Translations under genes and position numbers: made by a program | NCBI GenBank assembly: GCA_965649765.1 | Contig: OZ287752.1 | Location: forward strand, 76,632,001 to 76,696,000 | Source of the DNA: Bispira polyomma | Lineage: Eukaryota | Reading direction: 5' to 3' | DNA length: 64,000 bases | Notes under the pieces: model-generated | The model's input: only the letters and a program-made list of their open reading frames with translations | Database searches by the model: none | Told to the model about the DNA's origin: nothing | Part shown: piece after piece, positions 1 to 11,475 of the stretch | Layout: every line of letters begins with the position of its first letter | Position numbering within the stretch: position 1 is the first letter of the stretch

Positions 1-3000
1 ATATACCCTCAGTATTATTTTCTTCTAACATCATACCCCATTTCATCACACTAATCGGTGTCTTATTTTGTTTCAAGTTATACCCTTCATTCAATATGCG
101 ATACAAATCTTTGCATCCTTTTGTTGGTTTTAACAAACATTTTAAATGAAAAGGGATAAAAGGTCTTGTAATTTCTAATAGTTTGTCCTGCATATATTTA
201 TTACAAAATTTTTTCACAAGAAACCTAACTCTGTAATAGTCCAATATGTTGACAATTAAACGAAATTTAATTTTAATGTTTTCCATGATCATTACTTCGC
301 CCTCTGCATTTACTATGTCATCAACAAAGACTATGCCTTTCTTATACCATGTTGGATAGTACAAGTCCTTTTCAATTTCAACATTAAACCAGATACAGGA
401 TTTCATTACGTCTAGTTTTGAAAACACGGTCTGATTTTTACATAGCTCAGACCAGTAGTCAAAAATGTTACACCAAAACACATTTTTTACATCTTTAAGT
501 TTATTTTTGAACCCATTGCCCCCCATTGTGAAGAAATTGTGTAAATTTTTGCAGCTTACAAACAGCACAATGCTCCATGGGGCATCACTTTGATTTAAAA
601 CTCTTTTCAGCCAATTTAATTTCAGTGCCCTCTCAAAGTGAAAAATATTGATCATTTTGATTCCTCCTTTGAGGTAATCTTGACAAATTGTTTGTCTTTT
701 TACTTTGTCTGGCTTATTATTCCATAAAAAACTATACAGCAAATTATTTACCTTTTTTAAAAATTCTTGAGATGTTGGAAGTGATGTTAAGAGGTGAATA
801 ACTTTTGAGACAATATTTGTTTTGATCAGAGTAATTTTGCCCAGAATTGTAAGATTTCTATGTTTCCATTTTTTAACCTCTTTACACATTTTATTAAAAG
901 CTTTAGTATAGTTTATGTCAGGGATATTGTTTAAATTGACTGAAAATTCTACACCCAACACACAAAACACCGAATTTTCCCAATCCAGCTTGCCAGTGAC
1001 GGATAACTTTTCTTTTGAATAACGCTTTCTCCCAATCCATATTATTTTTGTTTTTTCCATATTCATTTTTAATCCAGAGTAACTTCCATAAATTTCTAAA
1101 GTATTGAGAGCTGCCTGTAGAGAAACTTTTGAACCGTCCAGAATAAGTGTAGTATCGTCTGCAAATTGTGTTAGTTTAAATTCATGATTATTTATCTTGA
1201 TTCCACTTATATTTTTGTTCATTTTAATAAAAAGCGACATAATTTCAGCTGCAATCAGAAAGAGATATGGTGAAATGGGATCGCCCTGTCTACACCCTCT
1301 GCCAATCGCTATTTTTTCTGATAATTTACAGCATTGCAAAACATATGCACCAATATCTTGATTGAATAATTTTACCCAGTTTATAAAGCTTTCATTATAA
1401 CCAAAGAGGGTTAAAGTTTTATAAATAAAATTCCAGGATATGGAATCAAATGCCTTCTCAAAGTCTATAAGCACCAATAATCCTGAAATATTTTTATTTT
1501 CAGTCACTTGCATAATATCATAGATCAACCTAATACTATCATTTATTTGCCTACCTGCTAGAAAGCCGGTTTGGCTTTTTAATATGATTGAGTTAAGTGT
1601 GTTTTTTAATCTATTTGCAATTACTCCAGAAGCAAGCTTATATACAACACAAAGCAAGGAGATTGGCCTCCAATTTTTTTTAAAATCTCCTATCCTTACT
1701 CTCCTTAGGAAGACAGACTATTACACATTGTCGCATGGTGGTGGACAATATTCCCTTTTTGAAACAATTGTTTATTGCATATAATATGATATTTTTTAAT
1801 TTTCCCCAAAATACTTTCAAAAATTCAGCACTTATTCCATCCATTCCAGGTGATTTATTATGTTTCATTTTCTTCAAAATATTCCCCAGTTCTTCAATAG
1901 TTATTTCCTGGCCTAAGTCTGTGTCCCTGACCTTGTTAATTTTGATATCTTTGAAAACTTCAGTAAGATCTTCATTTTCGGTAAGGTGATCTTTACTTTC
2001 AAATAGATTTTCGTGGTATTTTTTTATCTGGTTAAGTATTTCATTTTGCTCTAAGATGTTTTAACCATTACTTAATTCACTGTTTTTTATGTTTTTTTCC
2101 AAATAATTTTTATTCTCCAAATTACAGAAATATTTGGAAGGCTTTTCACCTTCACTTAACCATTGCAGGCGAGTTCAAACTCGTTCTTCTTGAATTTTGG
2201 TTTTCCTTATTTGTTCAAGTTCGGCCTTTTTGTCTGACAAAAGTTCAAGGTTGGTATTGTTTAAGTGATAGCTTTGTTGCTCCAGGTATTCTATATCTTT
2301 GATTAACTCGTTTTCTTTTATGTTTGTTTGTCATTTTAAGTAGCTTGAGAATTTTATTGTTTCACCCCGTATTCGTAGAAATAATACCTCAAGAAATAAA
2401 TCACTATCGATTGTGTAATCTATATTTTCGTAGTTACAGCAATTCTGCAAATGGTTCATATCGTAAACAGGTATTGCATATTTAATTACCTCATCTTGAA
2501 TAGTTTTGTTAATGATTTCCAAGTATTCTTTATTTAAGAGGAGACTATTATTGAATTTCCAATTACCCTTGCCATTTTCAAAATTGTGAAGTACAAATTC
2601 AAGTTCTATCATTGAATGATCTGACCGGTATCCAGGTTTTATGTCACATTTTTTTATAATGTCATTCATGTTATTTGATATTAAAAAGAAATCGAGTCTT
2701 GCTTGTTTCAGGGGTTTTTTCTTTCTCCAGGTAAAACGTAGGCTTTCTGGATGTTGATGCCTGTAGATATCGAGAAGGTCAGCTTGATTTATCATATTTA
2801 ATACTGTTTTTCGTGCTTTACAATTATTTATATGCTTATAGCTTTGGGTGTCTTTGACAGGATCTAACACAAGATTAAAATCCCCACATATTACTGTCTA
2901 GTCAGCATCATTAGTCTGTATATTTTGTATTACAGTGAAAAAGTCAGGGTTGTCAATATTGGGACCATAGAGAGTAATGAGATTTATAGTCATTTTACTA

Positions 3001-3311
3001 AGTTTAAGCACTAGATGTAGATAGTTCCCTTCCTTATCTTTGTTACAGTCTAGTACCTCATATTTAAAATTGTTTCTAAATAGTATTGCAACTCCACGAG
3101 AGTTAGTTTTAGTTCCATGAATAAAGCATTTGCCATTCCACATTTCAGTGACCTTTGATACATCTTTTTCACACCAATGTGTATCTTGTAAGCACAGAAT
3201 ATTTAGCTTGATGTCTTTAAAGTATGACAGTACATCGATCCTTTTTTCCATTTTTTGTAAACCTTAACAATTTGCAGACAATACCTTTAAATTATTTCCA
3301 ATATTTGACAT
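1..3311 (-). mobile_element. L1/Tx1-clade LINE ORF2 (APE endonuclease + reverse transcriptase), disabled; runs off the window edge
   Basis: ATG at 3311 (MSNIGNNLKVLSANC*GLQKMEKR). EN motifs ILCLQDTH, SRGVAIL, LYGPN, CGDFN, GYRSDH. RT motifs KSPGMDG, WRPISLL, IDFEKAFDS, GCRQGDPISPYLFL, QFADDT. Several stops/frameshifts (~3265, 2898, 2331, ~1680). Confidence 0.95.
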
Positions 3312-4460
3312 TTTCTCTGAGATGGAATTTCTCCCCAGGCAAACTCTGAAATATATATTTTATCTATGACAATCGAAATTTTATTTATAAAATTTACTAA
3401 ACTGTTACATCTAGTTTTATATTTATAAATATTAGGATTCTTCCATTGATACCTTATAGTTCTATCAAAACATAAGATATATGACATGTGTAACACAAAG
3501 AACAAGTGACACAAACAGAATATGGTATTAAACACAATTATTGCAACATATTCTATCTTAACTATGAACTTAAACAAAAAATAACAAACTATATATATAT
3601 ATATATACAGTAAATTTGTAAATAACTGCATGGTTACAATCCGGCCAAAAAATTAAATAAAGGTTGGAATCAATGTTAAAAGCGATGTAGATATTATACA
3701 TGTCATACATATTGTTCGGGTTTTAAGAAATTGACTGATTTTCTAGATACTGACAGATATTAAAAAGGAAGGTTTTGTTTATTGCCATATACCAGTGCTT
3801 GTAAACAAAGTTGTACAACAGTATAAATAATTAATTTTAGCGATTGATTTAACAAATCACAATTAGTGTTGGTTATGAAAAGTCTACAGTAGATAAAAAG
3901 TGAGAAGTGTAAAAGTGAGACTATATTCATAATATCAAATGCAAGATAGTTTTAGTTTTAAAGATTCTATTACATTTACTTTCATAACCCACTGTGTAAA
4001 ATAACAACACATTGTACTAATATATGATAATCTCTCACTTCTATTTAGTTGTTAACTATTTCACATACGTGGCCAAACAAGAAATTATGTACATTATCAG
4101 AACATAATCTGGCCATATCTTCCACTAATAATGATTATCTATACATTAACGTTAAAAAAAACAAAAAAAAACAGAAAAAACAAAGTCTAGTAGTTACTAG
4201 GTTATCCTAAAAGTGCCATGTGTACTTATTATGGCTATAGTGTATAGAATACCATTGCTTATAGCACTAAATAATTTATTCTAGCATGGTGGTGGGTTGA
4301 TGGTGACAACATTATACATGTTCTTACTTTCATAAAACACTAGATCACTTATTAGTCCAGAAATAACAACAGCCTTTACAATGGAAACAATAGATACACA
4401 AAACTTGATGGTCATAATCTTTTACTTCAATCAGCTTGTTTATTTTGCTTCATGCTTATA

Positions 4461-4646
4461 CAGTAGAACCTCTATTTTATGGACATCTTGGGGGAGTGAG
4501 AATTGGTTTGGATAATAGAAGGTCCGTAAAATAGAAGTGGTATTTAAGTGTAAAACAATAGCAAAAAATACATTTCGGAGAGTAAAATTGAGTTCCTAAA
4601 ATCAAATACTCGTTTAATAGAGGGTTGGATAACAAAGGTTCTACTG
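4461..4646. mobile_element. Tc1/mariner-pogo-like MITE (family A, TIR CAGTAGAACCT, TA target duplication)
   Basis: TA|CAGTAGAACCTC...AGGTTCTACTG|TA; related copies at 35151, 46367, 56455, 59431 and 59890. Confidence 0.8.
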
Positions 4647-4804
4647 TACGTATTTTGAACTCTCATTAAACTTTATCCACTGTTTACATTTACTCTTTCA
4701 TTTACTGAAGTTTTATTATAAATTATGGCTATACAGGTTTTTGAGTTTTAAAATGGGGTTGTACTATATAATAATACATGTATTTAGGAGAAAAAAAGTC
4801 TGAA

Positions 4805-5866
4805 TTAGTGGGATTTAAGTACTTCTGTTGCTACTTTCCTAATAAGTTCAAACCTCTGTTTGCCTAGGTTATAACCTCCATATTTACGAGTTACAATGAG
4901 TATACCTTGAGTAACTTGATTTTCTTGCAACATCTCCATTAGAATTTTGCCTCCAGCCCATTCACCATCATCATTGTGCCCACAAACAGTTGCACCGTCA
5001 ATGTCTATGTAAGTATAGGCATATGCTATGTGGCTGCTATGTAAAATTAACTCATTCTGGTGAAGGGCACGGAGTACCAGATTGGCTTCATTTTTTGTAT
5101 GCACTGGATGAAAATGACCTTGAAATACACTTTGCTTAACTTCTGTCAGGGGTGAATGCAAGATGTGATCAAAGTTGACAGGATCTCCACTGGATATGGT
5201 GTAATCTAAGGTGTTGTGTTTAAAAACTCCGGTTTGGACCTTCGAGTTAACAATCAGCTTGTCTTTAACAAGTTGTATTTTAGTGTTAGAATTGTTTACC
5301 TTGGCCTCGTTCCGCATCTTTACTAACTGTGGTACCTGAACTGTGCGCCTTTCGCAAACTGCCTGGGGAAGTTGTTCACTCATGGAGTATGGAGTGGTCT
5401 TCAGATTTTTAGCAAAGGAGAGAACTATATCTTTTCCTCTTTGTGAGACAAAAGAAACAACAACAGGTCTGGGTTTACTTCCTTTTTTGCCAATACGATG
5501 GGTTACGTCTACTCGGATCTCCCCACCAGGGTTTTCCCTAGAAAATATGAAGCCAGCTGGAATATTTAATGTAGATAACAGCAGGTTGTGTACTACACTG
5601 TAAATGTCTTCCCTATCTTGCTCAGGGAGTTGGTAGAAAATGAGATTTTTTTTCATTTGCTGAGTTTCCATTGATGATACCTTGGCTTCCAATGATAAAA
5701 CTTTTGAATTCAGCCTTGAAACAATCCCATCCGATTCTTGTAATAGGAGTTTCAATTGTCTGTTCTCATTTTGCAGTGCATTTATATCGATTGCTGTTTC
5801 CACTTGTTGATGTTTTAGAATTTGAAGTATTTCATCCACCTTTTGTTTCATTGACATACTCGTCAA
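4805..5866 (-). CDS. L1-type ORF1 protein (coiled coil + RRM/CTD) fused to a C-terminal IMPACT/YigZ (UPF0029) domain
   Basis: N-terminal heptad coiled coil. ORF1p-like motifs KKNLIFYQLPE, THRIGKKGSKPRPVVVSF, SEQLP..ERR. C-terminal ~117 aa (5158-4808) carries KQSVFQGH, SSHIAYAY, NDDGEWAGGKIL, IVTRKYGGYNLGKQRF, matching IMPACT/YigZ motifs. Co-oriented and upstream of LINE ORF2. First real ATG is a few codons after the TTG start. Confidence 0.85.
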   Translation of the reverse strand: MTSMSMKQKVDEILQILKHQQVETAIDINALQNENRQLKLLLQESDGIVSRLNSKVLSLEAKVSSMETQQMKKNLIFYQLPEQDREDIYSVVHNLLLSTLNIPAGFIFSRENPGGEIRVDVTHRIGKKGSKPRPVVVSFVSQRGKDIVLSFAKNLKTTPYSMSEQLPQAVCERRTVQVPQLVKMRNEAKVNNSNTKIQLVKDKLIVNSKVQTGVFKHNTLDYTISSGDPVNFDHILHSPLTEVKQSVFQGHFHPVHTKNEANLVLRALHQNELILHSSHIAYAYTYIDIDGATVCGHNDDGEWAGGKILMEMLQENQVTQGILIVTRKYGGYNLGKQRFELIRKVATEVLKSH

Positions 5867-5980
5867 GTCACCATTCTCTGAGGAATTACCACTGGGATTT
5901 CAGCCTAGGCTAGGTGGACGTATTTCAAGATCTTGTGTAGCAATATCCTATGAAACAGTTTTTGTTTTTATTTGTGTTCT

Positions 5981-6250
5981 ATTTCAATCTAATACACCAA
6001 TATATCTATTACACTATATGTGTAGTGGAAAGAATTTTTTTTTGAAATGTCCCAAAGCACCTAACAGTTACTTTACTGAAAATTGTTTTAATATTGTTAC
6101 AGTTATTGTTTTTATTCCTAATGTATTTCAATCCAATACACCATTGAATCTGTTCCTTACACTATGTGTGTAGTGGAAAGACTTTTTTTTCAAAATATCC
6201 CAAACCACTAAACAGTCACTTCACTGAAAATCATTTCGATATTATTTACA
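5981..6250. repeat. Tandem dimer of ~145-bp unit upstream of LINE ORF1
   Basis: tttcaatc(t/c)aatacacca...tgtagtggaaaga...ctgaaaat occurs at ~5981 and ~6126. Confidence 0.75.
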
Positions 6251-7129
6251 TAGTAAATCCTTCTTGGTGTTGTATTGACCAAAGGTCAGTCCTTACCAAA
6301 AAAAACAACAAATAATATTAGTTGTGCACACCCAAGGCTGTCACAGACGTTTTTCTTCAATGAACTAGCCTGATATTCATTTTAAACCGCCAATATACAT
6401 AATAGTTCCCTGTATACTACAATAAATTAAAATCCAAGTCCACAACTTGCATTTATCAGACACTAATTGATTTTTTTTTACCCCCTTCCTAAATCAAAAG
6501 GGTTTGGTGGCATTATCAAGGTCTAGATATTCCATCAGTTCTATTTTTATCAAAGGCATCATTTGCACTGGCTTTTCAAAGTACATGTGAACACACGTCA
6601 ATATTTCAAATATGGCATTCTGTAGATTTTTACCTGAAGAAAAAAATATTTGTCTTCCACAAAATATATAGTTTTACAATCTGTGCATTTCTTATTCCCA
6701 GCTCATTTTGTTCACTGGCTATAATTCTTTCCTTTCATAGGTAAATTCCATGATTCCTGTATTTGTTTACTAGAGAAATCTTCTAAAAACGCCTCTCCCA
6801 AAAAAACACATGTTGCATGTTGAAGTGCCAAAATCAAGTTGAAATCAATCAATCTTGAAATTTTGTTGATTTTGACTGCTAGTCATACAACTTGTGCTGC
6901 TCTTCCATAAACGTATGGCCAATCCATTCTGTTCTTCTTGCAATATTTCGACAAATATCTCAATGACTTTATCACCTGACATTTTAAATTTTTCGACCTA
7001 GAACTGGTTTTAAACTTGATTCTTACCTGGGCAATGCCACATCCCTCCACTAAATTTGACTAGATTAGACCAAATCCTGATGACAAACAAACCATTGGAC
7101 ACAGGTAAAAATATGACATCCTCATTAAA

Positions 7130-10100
7130 TCTTTCTTTTGTTTTCATAAAAATCATATATCATCAATACTGTAACATGAAAAACACAATTTTACACAACA
7201 TCATTACTAATGTACTAAATGTTTCCTATATTTTACTTTCATGAAAAGTTTTTAAAAAAGTTTTATGTCTGCAAACATGTAATCAATTTCAAATATACCA
7301 TAATGTACGTAAATAAATTGGCAAATACCCAATTTTGTTGAAATTGACTTTGTGTATCGATTTCAATACTCAATACAAATATTGTTCTTCATAGTTTGTT
7401 TTAAGTCTCCTTTCTAATTTAATCAACTTCAGTAACGTAGCTTTACTGCGCATGTGAAGATAGAGTATTTAGTTGTAACTAACAAGGTATTAATTGGGAG
7501 GAAGATGTCATTGTTTATATGACCTAGTATAATCTCGATTGGAGTAATGCATATAATTTTATTTACTTTAACTTCTGTGCACCTTTTTAAATCTTCTGAA
7601 AGAGTTTTAGCATTTTCACATAAAACTAGTGGATGTAACAATGTTTCTGGATATGAGTGACAAAATCTGCACATTGTTGAATCACTTATGGCCATTTGAC
7701 CAAGGAGTTTGTTTGTTTCCACTATTCAATATTATTCTCTATACTGAAACCAAATTAGTTGGTTATTCTTTATTTACTTTGTTATTATACTTTTTATGAG
7801 TTAAAACAAACATTAAATATTCTTTTCTAAGTTAATCCATCAATAACGGTTTCCAAGTCCTTGTGCCACTCCTTTTTAAATTTTCTTTCCCTGGTTTAGT
7901 AAAAAAGTTAGGTGGTGGGCAAAAAGGGCCTTTGGCAAACTCCCAGAGTTTTAAGTTTAGTACATTATGTGAACTCCTGTATTATGCTCCTAACCTGGAA
8001 GTAGTCCAAGAAGTTTGTGATTGAAAAAATATATTTAGATTCAATCTCTTCCTTAGTTAATATTTTATTTGTGGAGGAGTCCACAAGTTCGCAGATTTGG
8101 GTAATCCTTTTGTTATACCACAATTCTTTGTATAATTCAGCATTTTTTTAGTCTACTATTATACCATAGAGGTGTAGACACTTTATCTAAGCTTGTCTTT
8201 AAGGGAATCGTGCAATATATAAAGTTCCACATTTTAAAAATTTCTCTTTAGAATGGGTTTTTAGTTTTTTTGGTATAATTTTACCGACCAATGTGGGCCA
8301 AAGTCCATTTATTTTTTAATGTGTGTGTTTTCAAACAATTTGACCTACCAACATTCTTCAGATTGTATAAGTCTTCTCATCCAAGTACATTTAAAAGCTT
8401 TAATAGAGTAGCATATATTTATCATTTTTAGCCCACCGTCTGTATATGTTTGAGTGACGTTAACACGTTTTATTTTGTCTGGCTTATTGTCCTAAAGAAA
8501 TTTTGTTTCAAGTTGTTTCAAAAAATTTTCGCTGGGTATAGGACTGACCATAAATAGGTGATTCAACTTGATAATTGCTAAAGTCTTAATTACCATAATT
8601 TTACCCAATGGTTATAGTTCGCTTTCTCCAGTTTTTTAAAGTCTCGTCAATCTTGTGCAGAGCTTTGGGGTATTTCAAATCTGGAATTTTATCCAAATCA
8701 ACGATAAATGCTATTCCCAGTAACGAAAATTCTACCATGACCCAATTTAATTTATAGTTTGTTTTCATTTTTTCTTTGGTAAATCGTTTTCTTCCTATCC
8801 ATACCAATTTTGTCTTGCTAATATTCATTTTTAACCCTGATACTGAACCGAAAACTTCTAAAGTATATAGGGCTGCTAACAACAAACTTGCTGAGCAATC
8901 CATTATCAAAGTAGTGTCATCAGCAAATTGGGTGATTTTAAACTCTTGGTTTCCAACAATTATATCGACAATTTCTTTATTTTTTATCAATTTAAATAGG
9001 ACTTCTGCACACAGAATAAATAGATATGGAACAAAAGGATCTCTCTGCTTACACTCTCTCTATGTTAATTAAATCAGACAGTACACCTGCTTGTAGTATT
9101 TTTACTTTTATATCTCTATTGAAGAGCTTTATCCACTCATTAAAACTTTTACCAAATCTAAATTGTTCTAGAGTTTGGTAAATAAATTTAATCGATATTT
9201 AATCGAAAGCTTTTTTGAAATCGATGAGCATGACAAGTCCATTGATATTCTTATATTGCATGTAATTCACTATATCATAAATTAATCAAGTGCCTTCTCC
9301 AATAAAGTGACTTTAATAAACCCAGTTTGTGCCTTTGCTATTAGTTTGAGCAGAAGTTCTTTTATCCGTGCTGCAATAGCAGAGGGAGCTACCTTATAAA
9401 GGACACTTATTAACGAGATTTGTCTCCAATTTTTTAGCTAATCTAAACAACTAATTATAATTTGTCTAAGACTATTTGGTAGCGAGCCTTTCAAATAGGA
9501 ATGATTTAGTGCCCCAAGAATGAAGTATTTGAGCTTCGACCAAAATACCTTGCAGAAATCAGCGGGAAGGTCGTTGATATCAGGAATTTTATTATTTTTC
9601 ATATTTTCAATGCTAAACTTAGTGTTAGGGGACCTTCTAATTTAGAAGCTTCCTCAAGTGAGAGTTCATTATCAGCGTCAATTAGGCCTTCCCAGTTTAA
9701 ATCTTGTAAATCTTTTTCCCTATTTGCAAAGAGTTTTGCATAAAAGTTCCTTACTTTGTCAAGTATCTCTTTTTGTGATGATGATAATGATGTATCACCA
9801 TTTTCGAGCTGAATCTTTCTTATTTTTTTTTTCTACATATCTATTTTTCTAGATTACAGAAATAATCACAGGGTTTCTCGTTTAAATGCAGGTTCTGTAC
9901 CCTAGATCTTATCATATGGTTATTCATTTGGGACTCTCTTAAACATCGTAATTCTTCTTTTTTTCTTTTCATGCATTCCAAAGATTCAACGGTCTCCACG
10001 TTTTCTAAAATCTCAAACTCAACAGTCAGCCTCTATGCATCGTGCAGTTTTTCTTTTTAACTTTAGTTGCAAATTTTATTGTGTCCCCTCTAATTCTTAG

Positions 10101-11310
10101 CAAAAGCATTTCTGAGAACAGGTCATCGGATATAGTAGATTTAATATGGCTATCTGAAATTGAAGCTAAATTGCTCGAATTATATACAGGTAATATATAT
10201 TGTTGTTTTTAATTTGTACAATAGATTCATTTATAATTTCTAGATCATCTGGATTTTTTAAGTGACTACAATTTAGTCTCCAAACTCCTTTACCTTTTTC
10301 AAAATTATTGAGTATGATATCCACATTTACTCCTGAAAGGTCACTCCGGTACCCCGGCTTTATATTACAACATTGAGTCAAGTCAGTTAAAGTGTTTCAA
10401 ACTAAGAAGTAAACCAGTCGCGCCTGTTTTACTGCATTTCTCCCACTCCAAGTATATCTTTTAGTTGGTAGATTAAAGTATCTAAATGCATCATACAATT
10501 TAAATTGGTTCATTGTGACTGCTGATCTAGATTGGGGGTTATTTATCATCAAATAATTATTCGAGTCTAGCTTTGAGTCAATTGAATTGAATTGAATTTG
10601 GATATTTAACGTTCACTCTAGTACCTGTTTAGGTTATATTGAGACGGGTAGTTGGAAACGCTGGAGAAAACACTGCATACAGTTGATCAAGGTTCTGCAC
10701 TGAAACCAGCGGTCCACAATAAGGAACTCCCACTTTTCCCACATAGGCATCAACGGGATTCGAACTCATGCTGCCCAGAGGTGAGAGACCAGTGATTGTA
10801 AAGCGCAATGCTTGTTAACCACTAGGCTACCGCGCTTTGGGTCAAGGATCATGTTGAAATCTTCACATATTATTGTGTATGTTTTACATGATTCCTCCAT
10901 GTATTACTTCAACTTTAGAAAAAATTATTAAAATTATCTGTATTTGGCACATAGACTAATTAAAAGTACATTACCAATACAGTCTTTAACAGTATTTTTC
11001 ACCTTGTACTCAAAGTCGTTTTTTAAAATTATTGCCACCCCTCTCGAGTTTGATTTAGTACCATGTATTATAGTCTCGTAGGAAGAAAAGAGTATTCGTA
11101 TTTCATTTTTATCTGACAGAGTAACGTGTGTGTCTTGTAGGCAGAGGATATTTACCTTCTCATTATCGTTTAATAAATAATTTAAGACATCATATCTCTT
11201 TTTCTTATCTCTTATACCTTAAACATTTGCTGATGACACTCTTGCTGTATTATGTATAGACATTATGAATACTGGCCCAGAGAGTTTACATTTGCCGTAA
11301 TGTAATTTCA
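7130..11310 (-). mobile_element. Second L1/Tx1-clade LINE, ORF2 only, heavily degraded
   Basis: ATG at 11263 (MSIHNTARVSSANV*GIRDKKKR). Motifs ILCLQDTH, NSRGVAII, GYRSDL, QFADDTTL, C-terminal CRFCHSYPETLLH...C zinc-binding motif (7429-7722). Many stops. Confidence 0.92.
10582..10833 (-). mobile_element. tRNA-derived SINE inserted in the second LINE
   Basis: Minus strand has A-box-like GGTAGCCTAGTGG, B-box GAGTTCGAATCCC and a (TTCAA)n tail. 12-bp TSD gctttgagtcaa (10570-10581) / gctttgggtcaa (10834-10845). Sister copies at ~37175 and ~47945. Confidence 0.88.
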
Positions 11311-11475
11311 AATCGAATTGTCATTTACTGAGTCATTTTAGTGTAAATACTTCACAATAAACCTGCAAAGCTGAAAGAACCCTATCGTTGTCAAACCAGA
11401 GTACAGAATCCATAGGTTTTATCTACAAAGAAGTTTTTAACTTATTGTGAGTGGTTATTTAAACATATATTTCAG

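Noticed and set aside
3287-3631. 114-aa hydrophobic ORF just upstream of LINE ORF2
   Set aside because: AT-rich, includes a TA microsatellite, has no recognisable motif and is in a different frame from ORF2.
4805-5158. The host IMPACT gene or bacterial yigZ contamination
   Set aside because: No RWD domain, no introns, fused in frame to ORF1p-like sequence and embedded in LINE context with the same AT-rich composition.
6360-7000. Possible extra minus-strand ORF upstream of ORF1
   Set aside because: Only a ~45-codon frame with no recognisable similarity.
10740-10833. Functional tRNA genes (also 37240-37326, 45150-45230, 53170-53240, 57540-57605)
   Set aside because: A/B boxes are present but followed by SINE bodies or tails, or degraded; no convincing cloverleaf.
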